Below, piece by piece: positions 1 to 10,517 of a stretch of DNA of 64,000 bases. Made by a program: the position numbers and the translations under genes. The notes beneath the pieces were generated by a model. It did no database searches. It had not been told where the DNA came from and saw nothing but the letters and a program-made list of their open reading frames with translations. Position 1 is the stretch's first letter. Every line of letters begins with the position of its first letter. This stretch comes from Nitrospirota bacterium (GTDB lineage Bacteria; Nitrospirota; UBA9217): the NCBI GenBank assembly GCA_963751455.1, contig CAVVUN010000002.1, positions 64,001 to 128,000 of the forward strand, written 5' to 3'.

Positions 1-2655
1 AACGAAACTACAGCAAGGCATACTGCCGTTTATCTCAAAGATTACCGACCCCCCGACTACCGTATCGATACGGTGATGCTTCAGATCGAACTCGACGAGA
101 CGAGGACAATTGTCAAGTCCGTCCTTTCAGTCGCGTGCAGCCATGAGCAATGCCAGGAGATACCCCCGCTTGTTCTCAACGGCAGGAATCTGGTGCTCAG
201 GTCGATCGTGCTCGACGGGCAGCGTTTGACCGAACGCGACTATAAGCGCGACGGCGAATCGCTCTCGATCCTTCCGGTGCCCCATCGGTTTGTTCTCGAG
301 ATCGAGACCGAGATCAATCCCCGGGACAATACGGAACTCTCGGGCCTCTACCTCTCGAAGGGCAATTTCTGCACGCAGTGCGAGGCCGAAGGTTTCCGCA
401 AGATAACCTATTACCCGGACCGGCCCGATGTCATGTCCATATTTTTCACGACGATCATTGCGGACAAATCCAAATATCCGGTCCTCCTCTCCAACGGCAA
501 CCTGATCGACTCGGGGGAGCTTAAGAACAACCGCCATTTCGCCAAATGGCACGACCCTTTCCCGAAACCCGCGTATCTGTTCGCTCTGGTTGCCGGTGAT
601 TTTGCACGTATCAGCGATACGTTTACGACAATGTCCGGGAGGAAGGTGGATGTTCATATTTACGTTCAGCATCACAACAGCGACAAATGCGAATATGCCG
701 TGGCATCGCTCAAACGCGCGATGAAGTGGGACGAGGAGAATTACGGCAGGGAATACGATCTGGATGTGTTCATGATCGTCGCCGTGGACGACTTCAACAT
801 GGGCGCAATGGAGAACAAGGGGCTGAACGTTTTCAACTCGAAATACGTCCTGGCCCGGCCGGATACGGCCACGGACGCGGATTTCCAGGGCATCATGGGC
901 GTTGTCGGGCATGAATATTTCCACAACTGGTCCGGAGACCGCGTAACCTGCAGGGACTGGTTCCAACTCTCGCTCAAGGAAGGTTTCACCGTCTTTCGGG
1001 ACCAGCAGTTCATGGAGGACATGACGTCGCGGGGAGTGAAGCGGATCAGCGACGTGAACATTCTTCGCACGCATCAGTTTCGCGAGGACGGCGGACCGAT
1101 GGCGCATCCCGTGAGACCGGAATCGTATATCGAGATCAATAATTTCTACACGCTTACGGTCTATAATAAAGGCGCCGAGGTGATACGCATGCTTCATACA
1201 ATCCTCGGACCCGAGCGGTTCCGCAAGGGCACGGACCTCTACTTTTCGCGCCACGATCACCAGGCTGTCACGACGGATGATTTCGTACAAGCGATGCAGG
1301 ATGCGAATCAGGCCGACCTCGCACAGTTCAAGCTCTGGTATTCACAGGCGGGGACTCCCTTACTGCGGTTGACCCGGACATACGATCGGAAGACGAAAAC
1401 ATATACCTTGACAATCAGGCAGAAATGCCCACCCACGCCGGGCCAGCCGGACAAGAAGCCGATGCATATACCGGTCGCGGTCGGACTGCTCGGGAAAGAC
1501 GGGAAGGACATGGCCTTAAAACTCGAGGGGGAGACGGAAGGACGCAGTGACGCGGGGACGAAAATACTTCAGTTGAGGGAACCGGAAGAAACGTTTGTGT
1601 TCACCGATATACCGGAAGAACCGGTCCCGTCAGTGCTGAGGCATTTTTCGGCTCCTGTAAAGGTCAGCCTTGACCTCTCGCGCGAAGAGCTGCTCTTTCT
1701 CATGGCAAACGACAGCGACGAATTCAATCGCTGGGACGCAGGACAGCAACTCGCGGTCAAAATCCTCCTGGAACTGATACGCGACCATCAACGAAAAAAG
1801 AAGCTTGAACTCGACCCTTCATTCATCAGCTCCTTCAACCGAATACTCGAGAGCAAACTGGCTGACAAGGCCTTCCAGGCGTACGCGCTGTCACTCCCGT
1901 CCGAGTCTTATCTGGCTGATTTCCTGGACGTGGTCGATCCGGCCTCGGTTCACGAGGCCCGGCGTTTCATGCAGCGAATGCTCGCTTCCGAGCTCAAGCA
2001 GACGTTCCTGGCCGTGTATTACACAAATCAGGAAAGCGGACCCTTCCGCCTGGACCAGGAAGCAATCGGACGACGAAGTCTCAAGAACATCTGTCTGGCC
2101 TATCTTATGGAACTCGACGAGCCCGGCATCAGGAAACTCTGCATCGAGCAATACCGGTCAACGATCAATATGACGGATGTGACGGCAAGCCTCGTGAACA
2201 TCGCAAACGTCGATTGCCCGGAGCGCAAAGAGCTGCTTGCGGAATTTTACCGGAAATGGGAAAACGATCCGCTTGTTCTCGACAAGTGGTTTTCCATCCA
2301 GGCCACATCGCGACTGCCCGATACCCTGAATACCGTGCAACAGCTGATGCACCATCCGGCCTTCAATTTAAAAAACCCGAACAAGGTCCGGGCGCTTATC
2401 GGCGCTTTTGCTCAGGGTAACCCCCTCCGCTTCCACGACCCCTCGGGCGCGGGATATTCCTTTCTCGCGGACCAGGTCCTTGCTCTGGATCCGTTAAACC
2501 CGCAGATCGCGGCCCGGCTCGTCACAGCCTTCATATTGTGGAAACGATACGACGAAAAAAGAAAAGCACTGATGAAGGCACAGCTCGAGCGAATTCTCCA
2601 CACACCGAAAATATCGAAGGACGTACATGAAATTGCTTTTAAAAGTCTGACGTAA
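1..2655 (+). CDS. pepN: Aminopeptidase N (M1 family), 5'-partial
   Basis: Frame is open from base 1 (NETTARHTAVYLKDYRPPDY). GAMENKG and HEYFHNW zinc motifs; typical PepN C-terminus (NPNKVRAL, NPQIAARL). Confidence 0.97.
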   Translation, partial: NETTARHTAVYLKDYRPPDYRIDTVMLQIELDETRTIVKSVLSVACSHEQCQEIPPLVLNGRNLVLRSIVLDGQRLTERDYKRDGESLSILPVPHRFVLEIETEINPRDNTELSGLYLSKGNFCTQCEAEGFRKITYYPDRPDVMSIFFTTIIADKSKYPVLLSNGNLIDSGELKNNRHFAKWHDPFPKPAYLFALVAGDFARISDTFTTMSGRKVDVHIYVQHHNSDKCEYAVASLKRAMKWDEENYGREYDLDVFMIVAVDDFNMGAMENKGLNVFNSKYVLARPDTATDADFQGIMGVVGHEYFHNWSGDRVTCRDWFQLSLKEGFTVFRDQQFMEDMTSRGVKRISDVNILRTHQFREDGGPMAHPVRPESYIEINNFYTLTVYNKGAEVIRMLHTILGPERFRKGTDLYFSRHDHQAVTTDDFVQAMQDANQADLAQFKLWYSQAGTPLLRLTRTYDRKTKTYTLTIRQKCPPTPGQPDKKPMHIPVAVGLLGKDGKDMALKLEGETEGRSDAGTKILQLREPEETFVFTDIPEEPVPSVLRHFSAPVKVSLDLSREELLFLMANDSDEFNRWDAGQQLAVKILLELIRDHQRKKKLELDPSFISSFNRILESKLADKAFQAYALSLPSESYLADFLDVVDPASVHEARRFMQRMLASELKQTFLAVYYTNQESGPFRLDQEAIGRRSLKNICLAYLMELDEPGIRKLCIEQYRSTINMTDVTASLVNIANVDCPERKELLAEFYRKWENDPLVLDKWFSIQATSRLPDTLNTVQQLMHHPAFNLKNPNKVRALIGAFAQGNPLRFHDPSGAGYSFLADQVLALDPLNPQIAARLVTAFILWKRYDEKRKALMKAQLERILHTPKISKDVHEIAFKSLT

Positions 2656-2832
2656 ATCCGCAGGTCTTGCAAGCATGAGGATGCAATACGCCGTATGCTC
2701 TTGCCAAATTGAGCGTTCCTTCCGTTCATTGCGCTTCAGTTCAACCATCATGCCGGTAAAGTGATCGTGATCACAGTTTTTTATCGTCCGGAGAGCTATT
2801 TTCGATCATCAAGATAGCTCGAGGATATAAAG

Positions 2833-3249
2833 ATGAAAACCATTCTCGCCGTCGATGACAATGCCTTTATTCTCCAGATGATCTCTCTGTATTTCGCCGA
2901 ATGCGTGCCGGATTGTACTGTCCTTACTGCCGGCAACGGCAAACAGGCGCTTGAAATAATCCAGTCGGTTCCGGTCGACTTTATCATGACCGATCTGGAT
3001 ATGCCGGTCATGAACGGATATCAGCTTATAGAGGTCATAAAAAGAAAGATGCCGAGCATGCCGATTTTCGCGATGACGGGATATCGTTCCACTGAGGTTG
3101 CAGAAAGGGTTCGCATGCTTGGCGCAGCTGTTTGCTTGCAAAAACCATTCAATTTTGAGGACGTTCTTCAGAAGATATCGTCCGTTATGGAGGAGGCGCG
3201 TTCCAAACCTGCATTGACGATGCCTCCCCTGCAGCCGATTGCTTCCTGA
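2833..3249 (+). CDS. Single-domain response regulator (CheY-like)
   Basis: VDD acidic pocket, TDLDMPVMNG phospho-Asp motif, KPF motif; RBS gagg upstream. Confidence 0.93.
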   Translation: MKTILAVDDNAFILQMISLYFAECVPDCTVLTAGNGKQALEIIQSVPVDFIMTDLDMPVMNGYQLIEVIKRKMPSMPIFAMTGYRSTEVAERVRMLGAAVCLQKPFNFEDVLQKISSVMEEARSKPALTMPPLQPIAS

Positions 3250-3362
3250 GTCTTCCGCCTGTCGAAACTGTTACCGCTCGCCTTGGGTCCGTTTTCCGGC
3301 CTTCGGTTTCCCTTTGAAATTTTTGTTGTAATGACCCGCATTTTGGAATAAAGTGTAAAACC

Positions 3363-4397
3363 ATGTCGGATCAGGGTATTGAATATAAGGTACGAGTACT
3401 TGCGCTGGCAGGGCTCATGCTTTTTGTGTGGCTCGTTCTTGCCATGGTCTATACCGGACGGTTCTTCCCGCCATTTGAGCAGCTGGAGTTCCGACTAATG
3501 CCCTGGAAGGCGTCCATCCCTGTAGAGGCCGGTCTCGGAGAACGCCTTTCCATCATGCAGTCTCAGCTCGAAGCGTCAAACAGGGTTTCCCATTACGCCT
3601 TCATCACAATGATCGTCTGCTTCACTGCTTTCGTTATATACCTTTCCGTAGTGTACCAGCAAAAACAGAGACGGGTGCGCGAGAACATTTTCCTTGTGCT
3701 GAAGAACCAGGAAATAGCGCGGAGAAATGAATTCATTCGCTATATATCGGCTACGATAGGGCATGAATTCAAAAACAACCTCGGAAGGATAAAGCGCAGG
3801 ATTGATCTTCTTCCCACTCTGCCGGAAGACGCCAGAGAGCGCATCGATGATAACCTGGATAAGCTGTTCGCCGACATAGAAATATTTAAAAAAATCTCGG
3901 ACAAGCGCGAAGCGGGACTGGTCGAGTTTAAGAATATCGACATAACTTCGCTGCTTGGCGATGTTACGGCCCAGTACGGGGACCTTGCCGAAATAGTATT
4001 CGAGGACAATGCCTCGGTGCCGATGATCTACGCCGCGCAGCCGCTGCTCAGGACCGTATTCGAAAATTTAATCGACAACTCGATCAAGTATAAGAAACCC
4101 GGTGCGGCCCGTGCGCGGGTATCGATTTCCTGCGCAATGGACCGGGACGCCGGGAGGCAGTATGTCACGGTTTCGCTGCGCGACCAGGGAGTCGGGATGG
4201 ATGAGCAGCAAGCTGACATCTGCTTTTATAAAGGGAGGACTACGGGCGAGGGGTGGGGACAGGGACTCTATTATGCCAAATATGTTATAGGGCTCCACGC
4301 CGGGAAAATCAGGATCGGCAAGGAATATACGGCGCCCGGAATCGGGACGGAAATAATCCTGAAATTTCCATTCGTGCAGGAGACGCCGGATGTTTAA
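3363..4397 (+). CDS. Membrane sensor histidine kinase
   Basis: Two TM segments, H-box GHEFKN, N-box ENLIDNSIKY, DQGVG and GWGQGLY G-boxes. Confidence 0.9.
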   Translation: MSDQGIEYKVRVLALAGLMLFVWLVLAMVYTGRFFPPFEQLEFRLMPWKASIPVEAGLGERLSIMQSQLEASNRVSHYAFITMIVCFTAFVIYLSVVYQQKQRRVRENIFLVLKNQEIARRNEFIRYISATIGHEFKNNLGRIKRRIDLLPTLPEDARERIDDNLDKLFADIEIFKKISDKREAGLVEFKNIDITSLLGDVTAQYGDLAEIVFEDNASVPMIYAAQPLLRTVFENLIDNSIKYKKPGAARARVSISCAMDRDAGRQYVTVSLRDQGVGMDEQQADICFYKGRTTGEGWGQGLYYAKYVIGLHAGKIRIGKEYTAPGIGTEIILKFPFVQETPDV

Positions 4398-5280
4398 GGT
4401 GCTGATTGCCGACGACGACTTCGAGGACCGGGAACTGCTGAAGCTCGAGATCCAGCGTGCATTGAACGGGAAAGACGATGACCTCCGTTTTTCCGAGGCG
4501 GTAAGCGTCAAGGAAGCGTTCAAAATCCTGACAAGCGGTGTTTTCGACCTGATGACCCTCGACATAGAATTCGACCGGCTGAATGAAGGGATCGACGCCC
4601 TCCCCGAACTGTTTGAAACGCATCCGACCTTAAACATCATCGTCATCAGCGGCAAGCTTGACAAACACGAAGTGTCCGAACGACTCTTCCGTTTTACGAA
4701 GGACAATGTTTTGAAGGGCAAGCGGTGGGCCAGGCATTTCGACGTGCTGGACAAAAAAGACAACAAGACCGACGCTATCCGGCGCGCCTTCGACTTCGCG
4801 AACACGCAGAGGGAGGGCGTGGACGGAGTGCGCGAGCTCTTTCTTCTCGCCGAATCGTACCTTGAAAAGAACATGCTGGATAAATGCCTCGAAGTCTATC
4901 AGAAGATACAGCGCCTGGCGCCCGGTGAGATCGAGTCCGGGGAGAACATCGGCATCGTCAGGGGCGACGTATCGGCAGAGCAGGCCCTGGAATACTACCG
5001 GACCGGAGAAAAGGTAGTGGCTTCGCTTCTTCTCGGTTATTATCTGGAAAAGCGGCTGAAGTCGTTCACGGCAACGGTGCTCGGCCGGACCTTTCCGCTG
5101 CTTTCCGAAAACCTGAAAGAGATGGAGCAGACCGGAGCGATCAGCCCATTTAAAAAAGGCCTGTTCAGCGACCTGCTCGGACTCCGGAACAAGGCCATTC
5201 ATCATCCGACCGGGTTATCAGAAGGTGATTTTAAAACCGCCATTAAAAAAAGCGGTCTTCTGGAGGAAAACACTCCATGA
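4390..5280 (+). CDS. Response regulator with TPR-like linker and C-terminal HEPN/DUF4145-like domain
   Basis: N-terminal receiver (IADDD, TLDI); C-terminal helical domain with RNKAIH (R-x4-H). Overlaps the kinase stop. Confidence 0.7.
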   Translation: MFKVLIADDDFEDRELLKLEIQRALNGKDDDLRFSEAVSVKEAFKILTSGVFDLMTLDIEFDRLNEGIDALPELFETHPTLNIIVISGKLDKHEVSERLFRFTKDNVLKGKRWARHFDVLDKKDNKTDAIRRAFDFANTQREGVDGVRELFLLAESYLEKNMLDKCLEVYQKIQRLAPGEIESGENIGIVRGDVSAEQALEYYRTGEKVVASLLLGYYLEKRLKSFTATVLGRTFPLLSENLKEMEQTGAISPFKKGLFSDLLGLRNKAIHHPTGLSEGDFKTAIKKSGLLEENTP

Positions 5281-5927
5281 ACGAGAGGTCAGTCTGGCAT
5301 TATCTTCCGCCGCCCGGTCCGCTCCTGAGTCTGCTGCTCATCGGCATGGTGCTCCTGAGCGGACTCCTTTATTACCGCGCGGTAAAGATCCAGCGGTTCC
5401 TCGAGCCGGCCCTTGCTCTCTCGCAGCCCCGGAACGAATTTACGAACAGCATCGGTAAGACCTTCGAAAAAGAGTTCGGCCCAAAAACACCCAGCGGCCT
5501 GAGGCTCAAATCAAGTTCGATCCTTGTGGAAAAATCGCTCCTGTATTCGGGAGGCCTCATACTGAACCTGTCGGCTCGGGACGAAATGCAGAAGCTTGCG
5601 CGTATTTTCCTGACGTTGATGAAAGACGAGAAAACGAGATCGGAAATCAGCCTCGTCCTGATCATCGCCCGTTTTCCTTCCTATGGCGGCGCAAGGGGCG
5701 GCCACAACATGGAGCGCATCGAAGCGCAGCGCATGATGGGGCTCATCCAGGACGCTCTCTTTCAAGAGCAGCCCGAACTCGGAGTGCGCTATCCTCATTA
5801 TTTTGCGGCTGTCGCTCAGGCCACGAGCCCGCACGAACCGAACAGGAACAGCGTCGAGTTCCGAATCGTTCCATCCGAATTTCTGCACATAGAGGTGCTT
5901 GAGAGGTTACAGAAGTACTCTTATTGA
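5277..5927 (+). CDS. Single-pass membrane protein, possibly degenerate MotB/OmpA-like
   Basis: ATGA overlap with upstream gene; one TM helix; C-terminal NRNSVEFRI resembles the OmpA/MotB NRRVEI motif. Confidence 0.55.
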   Translation: MNERSVWHYLPPPGPLLSLLLIGMVLLSGLLYYRAVKIQRFLEPALALSQPRNEFTNSIGKTFEKEFGPKTPSGLRLKSSSILVEKSLLYSGGLILNLSARDEMQKLARIFLTLMKDEKTRSEISLVLIIARFPSYGGARGGHNMERIEAQRMMGLIQDALFQEQPELGVRYPHYFAAVAQATSPHEPNRNSVEFRIVPSEFLHIEVLERLQKYSY

Positions 5928-6046
5928 CCCTTCGTTCCTTCTTTTTTTCTAATAATCCCACGACCCCGTTGTAAAAAATGAGTTCAATTCGTAATCTAAT
6001 ATCTTGTAATAATTATAAATATAAGGCAATTAAGCGGCGTTTTGTG

Positions 6047-6075
6047 TTGACAAAGAGCGCATCCGGAGATACATT
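6047..6075 (+). promoter_or_regulatory. Sigma70-type promoter of the rhodanese gene
   Basis: TTGACA (6047-6052), 17 nt spacer, TACATT (6070-6075) in an AT-rich intergenic region; palindrome ATACTTAAGTAT just downstream. Confidence 0.6.
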
Positions 6076-6196
6076 TATTGTGTTAGAATATACTTAAGTA
6101 TTAATATCTGCGTCGCGATGAGCTTCAAATAATAAACTAAGGGAAAGGGGGTATCGTAAGCGTCTGTGGATTCAAAATTAATCCAAGGAGGCAAAA

Positions 6197-7786
6197 ATGA
6201 ATTTTAGCAATCAGCAAAAGCAGTGGAAAAGCTTAGCATGGCGGTTCTTGACAGTTTCAATGCTTCTCATCCTCACCATCCTCTTTGTAAGCGGCTGTTC
6301 AGATAATGATGATAACGGCACGCCGGCCACTTCGCTAGTGTCAATCAGTATCACTCCTTTAAACCCGAGCATTGTCGGCGGAACAAAAAAGTTTACGGCA
6401 ACGGGTACTTATTCCGACAACACCACACAGGACCTGAGCGCAACTGCCACATGGAGTTCCTCGAATACGAGCGTTGCGACGATCAGCAAGGGATTTGCCA
6501 CAGTGATCTCCGCCGGAACAACAACCATTACTGCGACCAGTGGATCTATTTCGAACGCGACAAGTCTTACGGTTACTGCGGAGAGCTCTGGTCTGACTTC
6601 TTTGATTACGACCACCGCCCTGCATGACATGATAGTAAGCGGGGTCGTAAATACTACAGGAACGAACCGTGTAGTGATCCTTGACATCACGACTGCGACA
6701 ACATATTCTGCAGGCCATATCTCCGGCGCACTTTATTGTAGCGGCACCGGAAGCATTATGGAGACACGTAAGGAAGGGCCGGCTAAAGATATTAATATGG
6801 TTCCAACCGGCGCCACGGTGGATGCGTTCATTCAGAAATATGGAATAGACGGGAACACTACCATTGTCTTGACGAGCGGCGATACCACCGAGGTTCAAGC
6901 TAAAGCGGCATCAGCAATGCTCAATGTGACAAGGACGTACTTCACATTGAGATACTGGGGCTTCCCCAAGGAAAAGCTCAAGGTCGTTGATGGACTTAAT
7001 TTTGCTTACAAAGCGTATCATTCTGGATATTGGATAACAGGCCCGACGTCGCCCACAGTTACACCATCCACCTATAGCGTAAAAAATAACGCTTCGCTTC
7101 GGACAGATCTCAGATCTTCGTTCAGTGATATGATCGCGGCGGCAGAAGCGGGCACTGACGCAATTATTGACATGAGAAGCGCATCCACGGCCGGATCGTA
7201 CGCAGGCGTAAAGGGCTCAACGGCAGGAGCGTTTAGCCCGGGTTCAGACTATACCGTTTTCGAGGGCCGTGTAAAGGGCGCACAAGCCATGGATTACAAG
7301 ACCGAACTTCTCGATTCATCTCTGCACTATCGTTTCCTGGCTAGCAATACGCTTGCCACTAAGTTTGGTAATTTAGGCTCGTCTTCCACAAAGCGCACCC
7401 ATGTTTACTGAAGGACCGGAGTGATCGCCAGTTCGGCGTTCTTCGTTCTTGATGGTATATTGGGTTGGCCGGTTTCGGATTATGATGGATCGTGGAGCCA
7501 GTGGGGACAGATGTCGAATTCAAGTGGAAACGGCGGGAAACTCACTTCCAATACGTGGGCCACAGACATGTCGACCCGCAGTGAAAATATAATTTACACT
7601 TTTCCCACCTTTTCAGTGGAACTGCTTACAGTCGATGGCACGGCCTGTTCAGGCAGCCTGCTTCCTGACGGCAATTCAACATACACTCCAACAGGCTGTG
7701 AGACTTCATATCCGCCCGACTCAACTTCGGCTTCAGGAAACCAGATCGAAGAAGAGGATGCAGCCTACTGTAACACAAAGCTGTGA
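6197..7786 (+). CDS. Selenocysteine-containing rhodanese/sulfurtransferase lipoprotein with Ig-like (Big_2) domain, ExtH-like, 529 aa
   Basis: ORFs 6197-7411 and 7421-7786 are in one frame, separated by TGA 7409-7411 at the rhodanese catalytic position (HVY-U-RTG). YDGSWSQW signature follows; lipobox FVSGC; SECIS-like hairpin. Confidence 0.88.
7418..7444 (+). promoter_or_regulatory. Bacterial SECIS-like hairpin
   Basis: GGAG.GA.CGCC-[AGTTC]-GGCGTTCTTC; loop starts 18 nt after the TGA with G in position 2. Confidence 0.7.
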
Positions 7787-7806
7787 GATATTGTTCCAAG
7801 GATCGG

Positions 7807-7843
7807 AAAGGGCTTAGAGGAAAACCTCTAAGCCCTTTTTTTT
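7807..7843 (+). terminator. Rho-independent terminator
   Basis: AAAGGGCTTAGAGG-AAAA-CCTCTAAGCCCTTT followed by a T run. Confidence 0.93.
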
Positions 7844-8100
7844 GAGAGGCGTGCGCGTATATTTAAATAATATTCCCTTCCTTGTTGCGTCCTTTGCAGT
7901 ATATAAAGATACTCATCCTTTCTTCCCATTTACCTTTTATATTCGCAGTGCTACAGTTTTAATTATAAAAGGGGCAGAGAATTTCACAAGTTTTCAGATT
8001 CGGTAACAGTATGCCTTATTCGTGAGGAGAGAGAGCAAGCCTCAAGCTCAAGCTTTTTTGGAGCGGAGGTACCCACGGAGGAAAAGGAAGGAGGACAGAT

Positions 8101-8956
8101 ATGAGAAAAATTATCAGCAGCGTGGTCATGCTCACCTTTGCCGTAATGTTTATTTTCGGCGTCTGTCGCAGCATACGGACAGGAGACGTTATCAGGCGGA
8201 GGTTTCCGGCCTCTTCAGCATGATAGATGAACTATTGATACCACAGCCATAGGCGTTTCAGGGGAATATTTTTTCCAGCCCGTTAACACCCGAGACCATC
8301 CCTACAGAGAGGCGGCATTCCTGGAGCGTATCGGAAGCGGCATCCTGACCTTACAGAACATCGACATAGACACATGTAGGAGACGGGCCGCGGTTTGGCG
8401 TCGGCCTAAATTATGCAAAGCCCGGCTTTCCTTTTGTTTTCAGAGCCGATTATTCAGATCGGATATAGATCTTGATTCGGGAGGCAGCACGAAGGACAAC
8501 GACATTCGTCTCAGGGCCGGCAATTACTTTATGGACGGTCTTCTTGCCGGTGTAGAGTATAACAATGTGAAGACGGAAATAACCGGTTTATCGGATATAA
8601 CTGATACGGGTTACGGTGTCTTTGCAAAATATGTTGGAGACATGATGGGCAGAACCATCGGGTTGAATGGAAGCATTGGAACCGGCAAGCGCGATACCGG
8701 CAGCGCGACACTTGATAACATGAACGTTGCCGTGGCAGGCGACTACTTCTTTAACAGGGCGCTGAGCGCCGGACTCGGTCTTGCAGTCAGTACAGGGGAC
8801 GATAAAGCGAACGAAGGAACAACCTGGGCAGCGAGAGGCGATTACTTTTTTACACCACGCTATTCAGTCAGAGTAAGCTACTCCATGTTCAGCGCCGATA
8901 ATTCCGGTTTTGAAGATGAAAACGCGCTGGATGCGGTCTTGGCAGCACGGTTCTAA
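8101..8956 (+). pseudogene. Outer-membrane putative porin, several frameshifts (probably sequencing indels)
   Basis: RBS ggagg plus a signal peptide at 8101. Fragments in different frames read YQAEVSG, EYFFQPV..HPYREAAFLER and GDYFF; terminal ..AARF. Confidence 0.75.
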
Positions 8957-8980
8957 CCGGACTCTAGAGTACCGGAAATG

Positions 8981-9020
8981 AAAGCCGTTAGAGGTGCATC
9001 TCTAACGGCTTTTCTTTTTT
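8981..9020 (+). terminator. Rho-independent terminator
   Basis: AAAGCCGTTAGAG-GTGCAT-CTCTAACGGCTTT plus T-rich tail. Confidence 0.9.
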
Positions 9021-9318
9021 AAAACCGTTCTTCGGAAAATTGGGGTGTCTTCGCTCAACCTCGGATAGATTTGGAGAAATCATCGCGCAGCTCTTGGCAT
9101 TTAATAATTTTGCATTTTTCAATTTGCAATATGCATTTTGCAATAAGTTTTCCAAACAACCAGTTTGTCGCTCATATCCGCCCCACTTTTCTCCCCATTT
9201 TTTTGTTGCAATTATTTACAACATACTGTACAGTTGCCATGGTTTCTAATAAGGGCTCATCGAGCGAGATCGGCATCTTTGGATCCTGTCAGAATAAAAC
9301 ATATTCAGGAGGGATCGG

Positions 9319-9516
9319 ATGAACTGCTGGGAATTAAAAAAATGTTTGCAAGCTACATATGAAGCTTGCCCTGCGTATCCGGACCGCGGGCTGGACTGCT
9401 GGAAAGTTACCGGAACGAAATGCGAGAAGGGCACAATAGAAAAGGCTACGAGTCTTGAAAAAATCGCACACTGCCGCACCTGCGATTTTTACCAGCAGTA
9501 CGCGCACAAATTCTAA
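9319..9516 (+). CDS. Small Cys-rich two-CW-domain protein
   Basis: RBS ggagg; NCWE..C, CPAY, CWKVTGTKC and CRTCDFY pattern. Confidence 0.8.
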   Translation: MNCWELKKCLQATYEACPAYPDRGLDCWKVTGTKCEKGTIEKATSLEKIAHCRTCDFYQQYAHKF

Positions 9517-9956
9517 GAGCCCCATTAAAAAATATTCAACTGTTTTTGCGAATCCCGAGTTACTTCAGGATAAACTGCGCGAAGTAATCCAGTTTTCACA
9601 AAAATAGAAAATCAAAAACATGTTTCGCCTCTCGACGCATACCCCAAAAATTCTCCTCCAAATCTTCTCCGGACTTCTTGCTATTTAAAGAATCTTATAG
9701 TAGGCTCTGTTTGAACGGGGCCAATCACCCGGTAAAGATTAAACCTCTCTCATCTCCTCCCCGTGCATGTCCAGATTTGGTAATACCCGAAACTGGATAT
9801 TAGTGGTTTCCAAACAGCTATTCCATGAACTGCATATTAGTCAATTTGTAAAATTAAGAAATACATATACTTGCCTGATCTATAGGCTCGGTAGAAATAA
9901 ATTCGCATTACGTCGGGCCGTCCGTAGAATAACTTGTTAATATGTGGAGGCACTGA

Positions 9957-10448
9957 ATGTTCGGCCTATCAAAAAAAGAGCAAGCATCCGAAAAACTCCA
10001 ATGCGGTACCAAGTCCATTTTAAAAAGTGGGTTCTTCTCTGCTCAATATGCTGAAGACTATGGACTTAACGAGCAAGCATCGGCTTGGCTATACACAGAA
10101 GCATTAGCTCACCAGATATATGTTCTGATAGCTATTTTTAATAATACCTTCGGAAAGAAGTACGAATGGGCTACCCCTCAGTTCATGATAAAGGCGATTA
10201 ATGAAGCCATTGTAGATTATGAAATCCAGGAAGGTTCAACGCCAGGCTCTATAAGCTCATTCATCTTCCGACGTTGCGCAGAAATGGATGCCTTGTCACC
10301 GCAAGATCGGGTCGCCGGAGAGCACTTTCGGCAATCGGCCAGTAAAGTCGCTGAATTCGATTCGCAAGCAGACCGAGCCGCTATTGCAGATAGGCTTAGC
10401 ATCGTAGCCAAGCAATATTTCGATAATGCCATAAATATGTTCAAGTAA
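9957..10448 (+). CDS. Hypothetical protein (cassette region)
   Basis: RBS ggagg; 163 aa ORF in an AT-rich region. Confidence 0.7.
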   Translation: MFGLSKKEQASEKLQCGTKSILKSGFFSAQYAEDYGLNEQASAWLYTEALAHQIYVLIAIFNNTFGKKYEWATPQFMIKAINEAIVDYEIQEGSTPGSISSFIFRRCAEMDALSPQDRVAGEHFRQSASKVAEFDSQADRAAIADRLSIVAKQYFDNAINMFK

Positions 10449-10517
10449 AAAACAAGCGTAAGCCACTTCTTGTTGGTGACACACGATGTCACCTGTCCTC
10501 ATTATGAGGTTAATAAG

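Noticed and set aside
127-1290. Long antisense ORFs (also 33434-34552, 43828-45171, 47511-48701)
   Set aside because: Shadows of well-supported + strand genes in GC-rich DNA, with no recognisable motifs.
6197-7786. Two separate genes or a nonsense pseudogene; alternative genetic code with TGA as Trp or Gly
   Set aside because: The TGA sits at the catalytic Cys position with a hairpin behind it. Many other genes here end normally at TGA and use TGG for Trp.
9516-9900. Remnant integron integrase upstream of the first cassette
   Set aside because: No tyrosine-recombinase motifs were readable; only a weak inverted repeat (AGAGCC..GGCTCT) and REP-like fragments.
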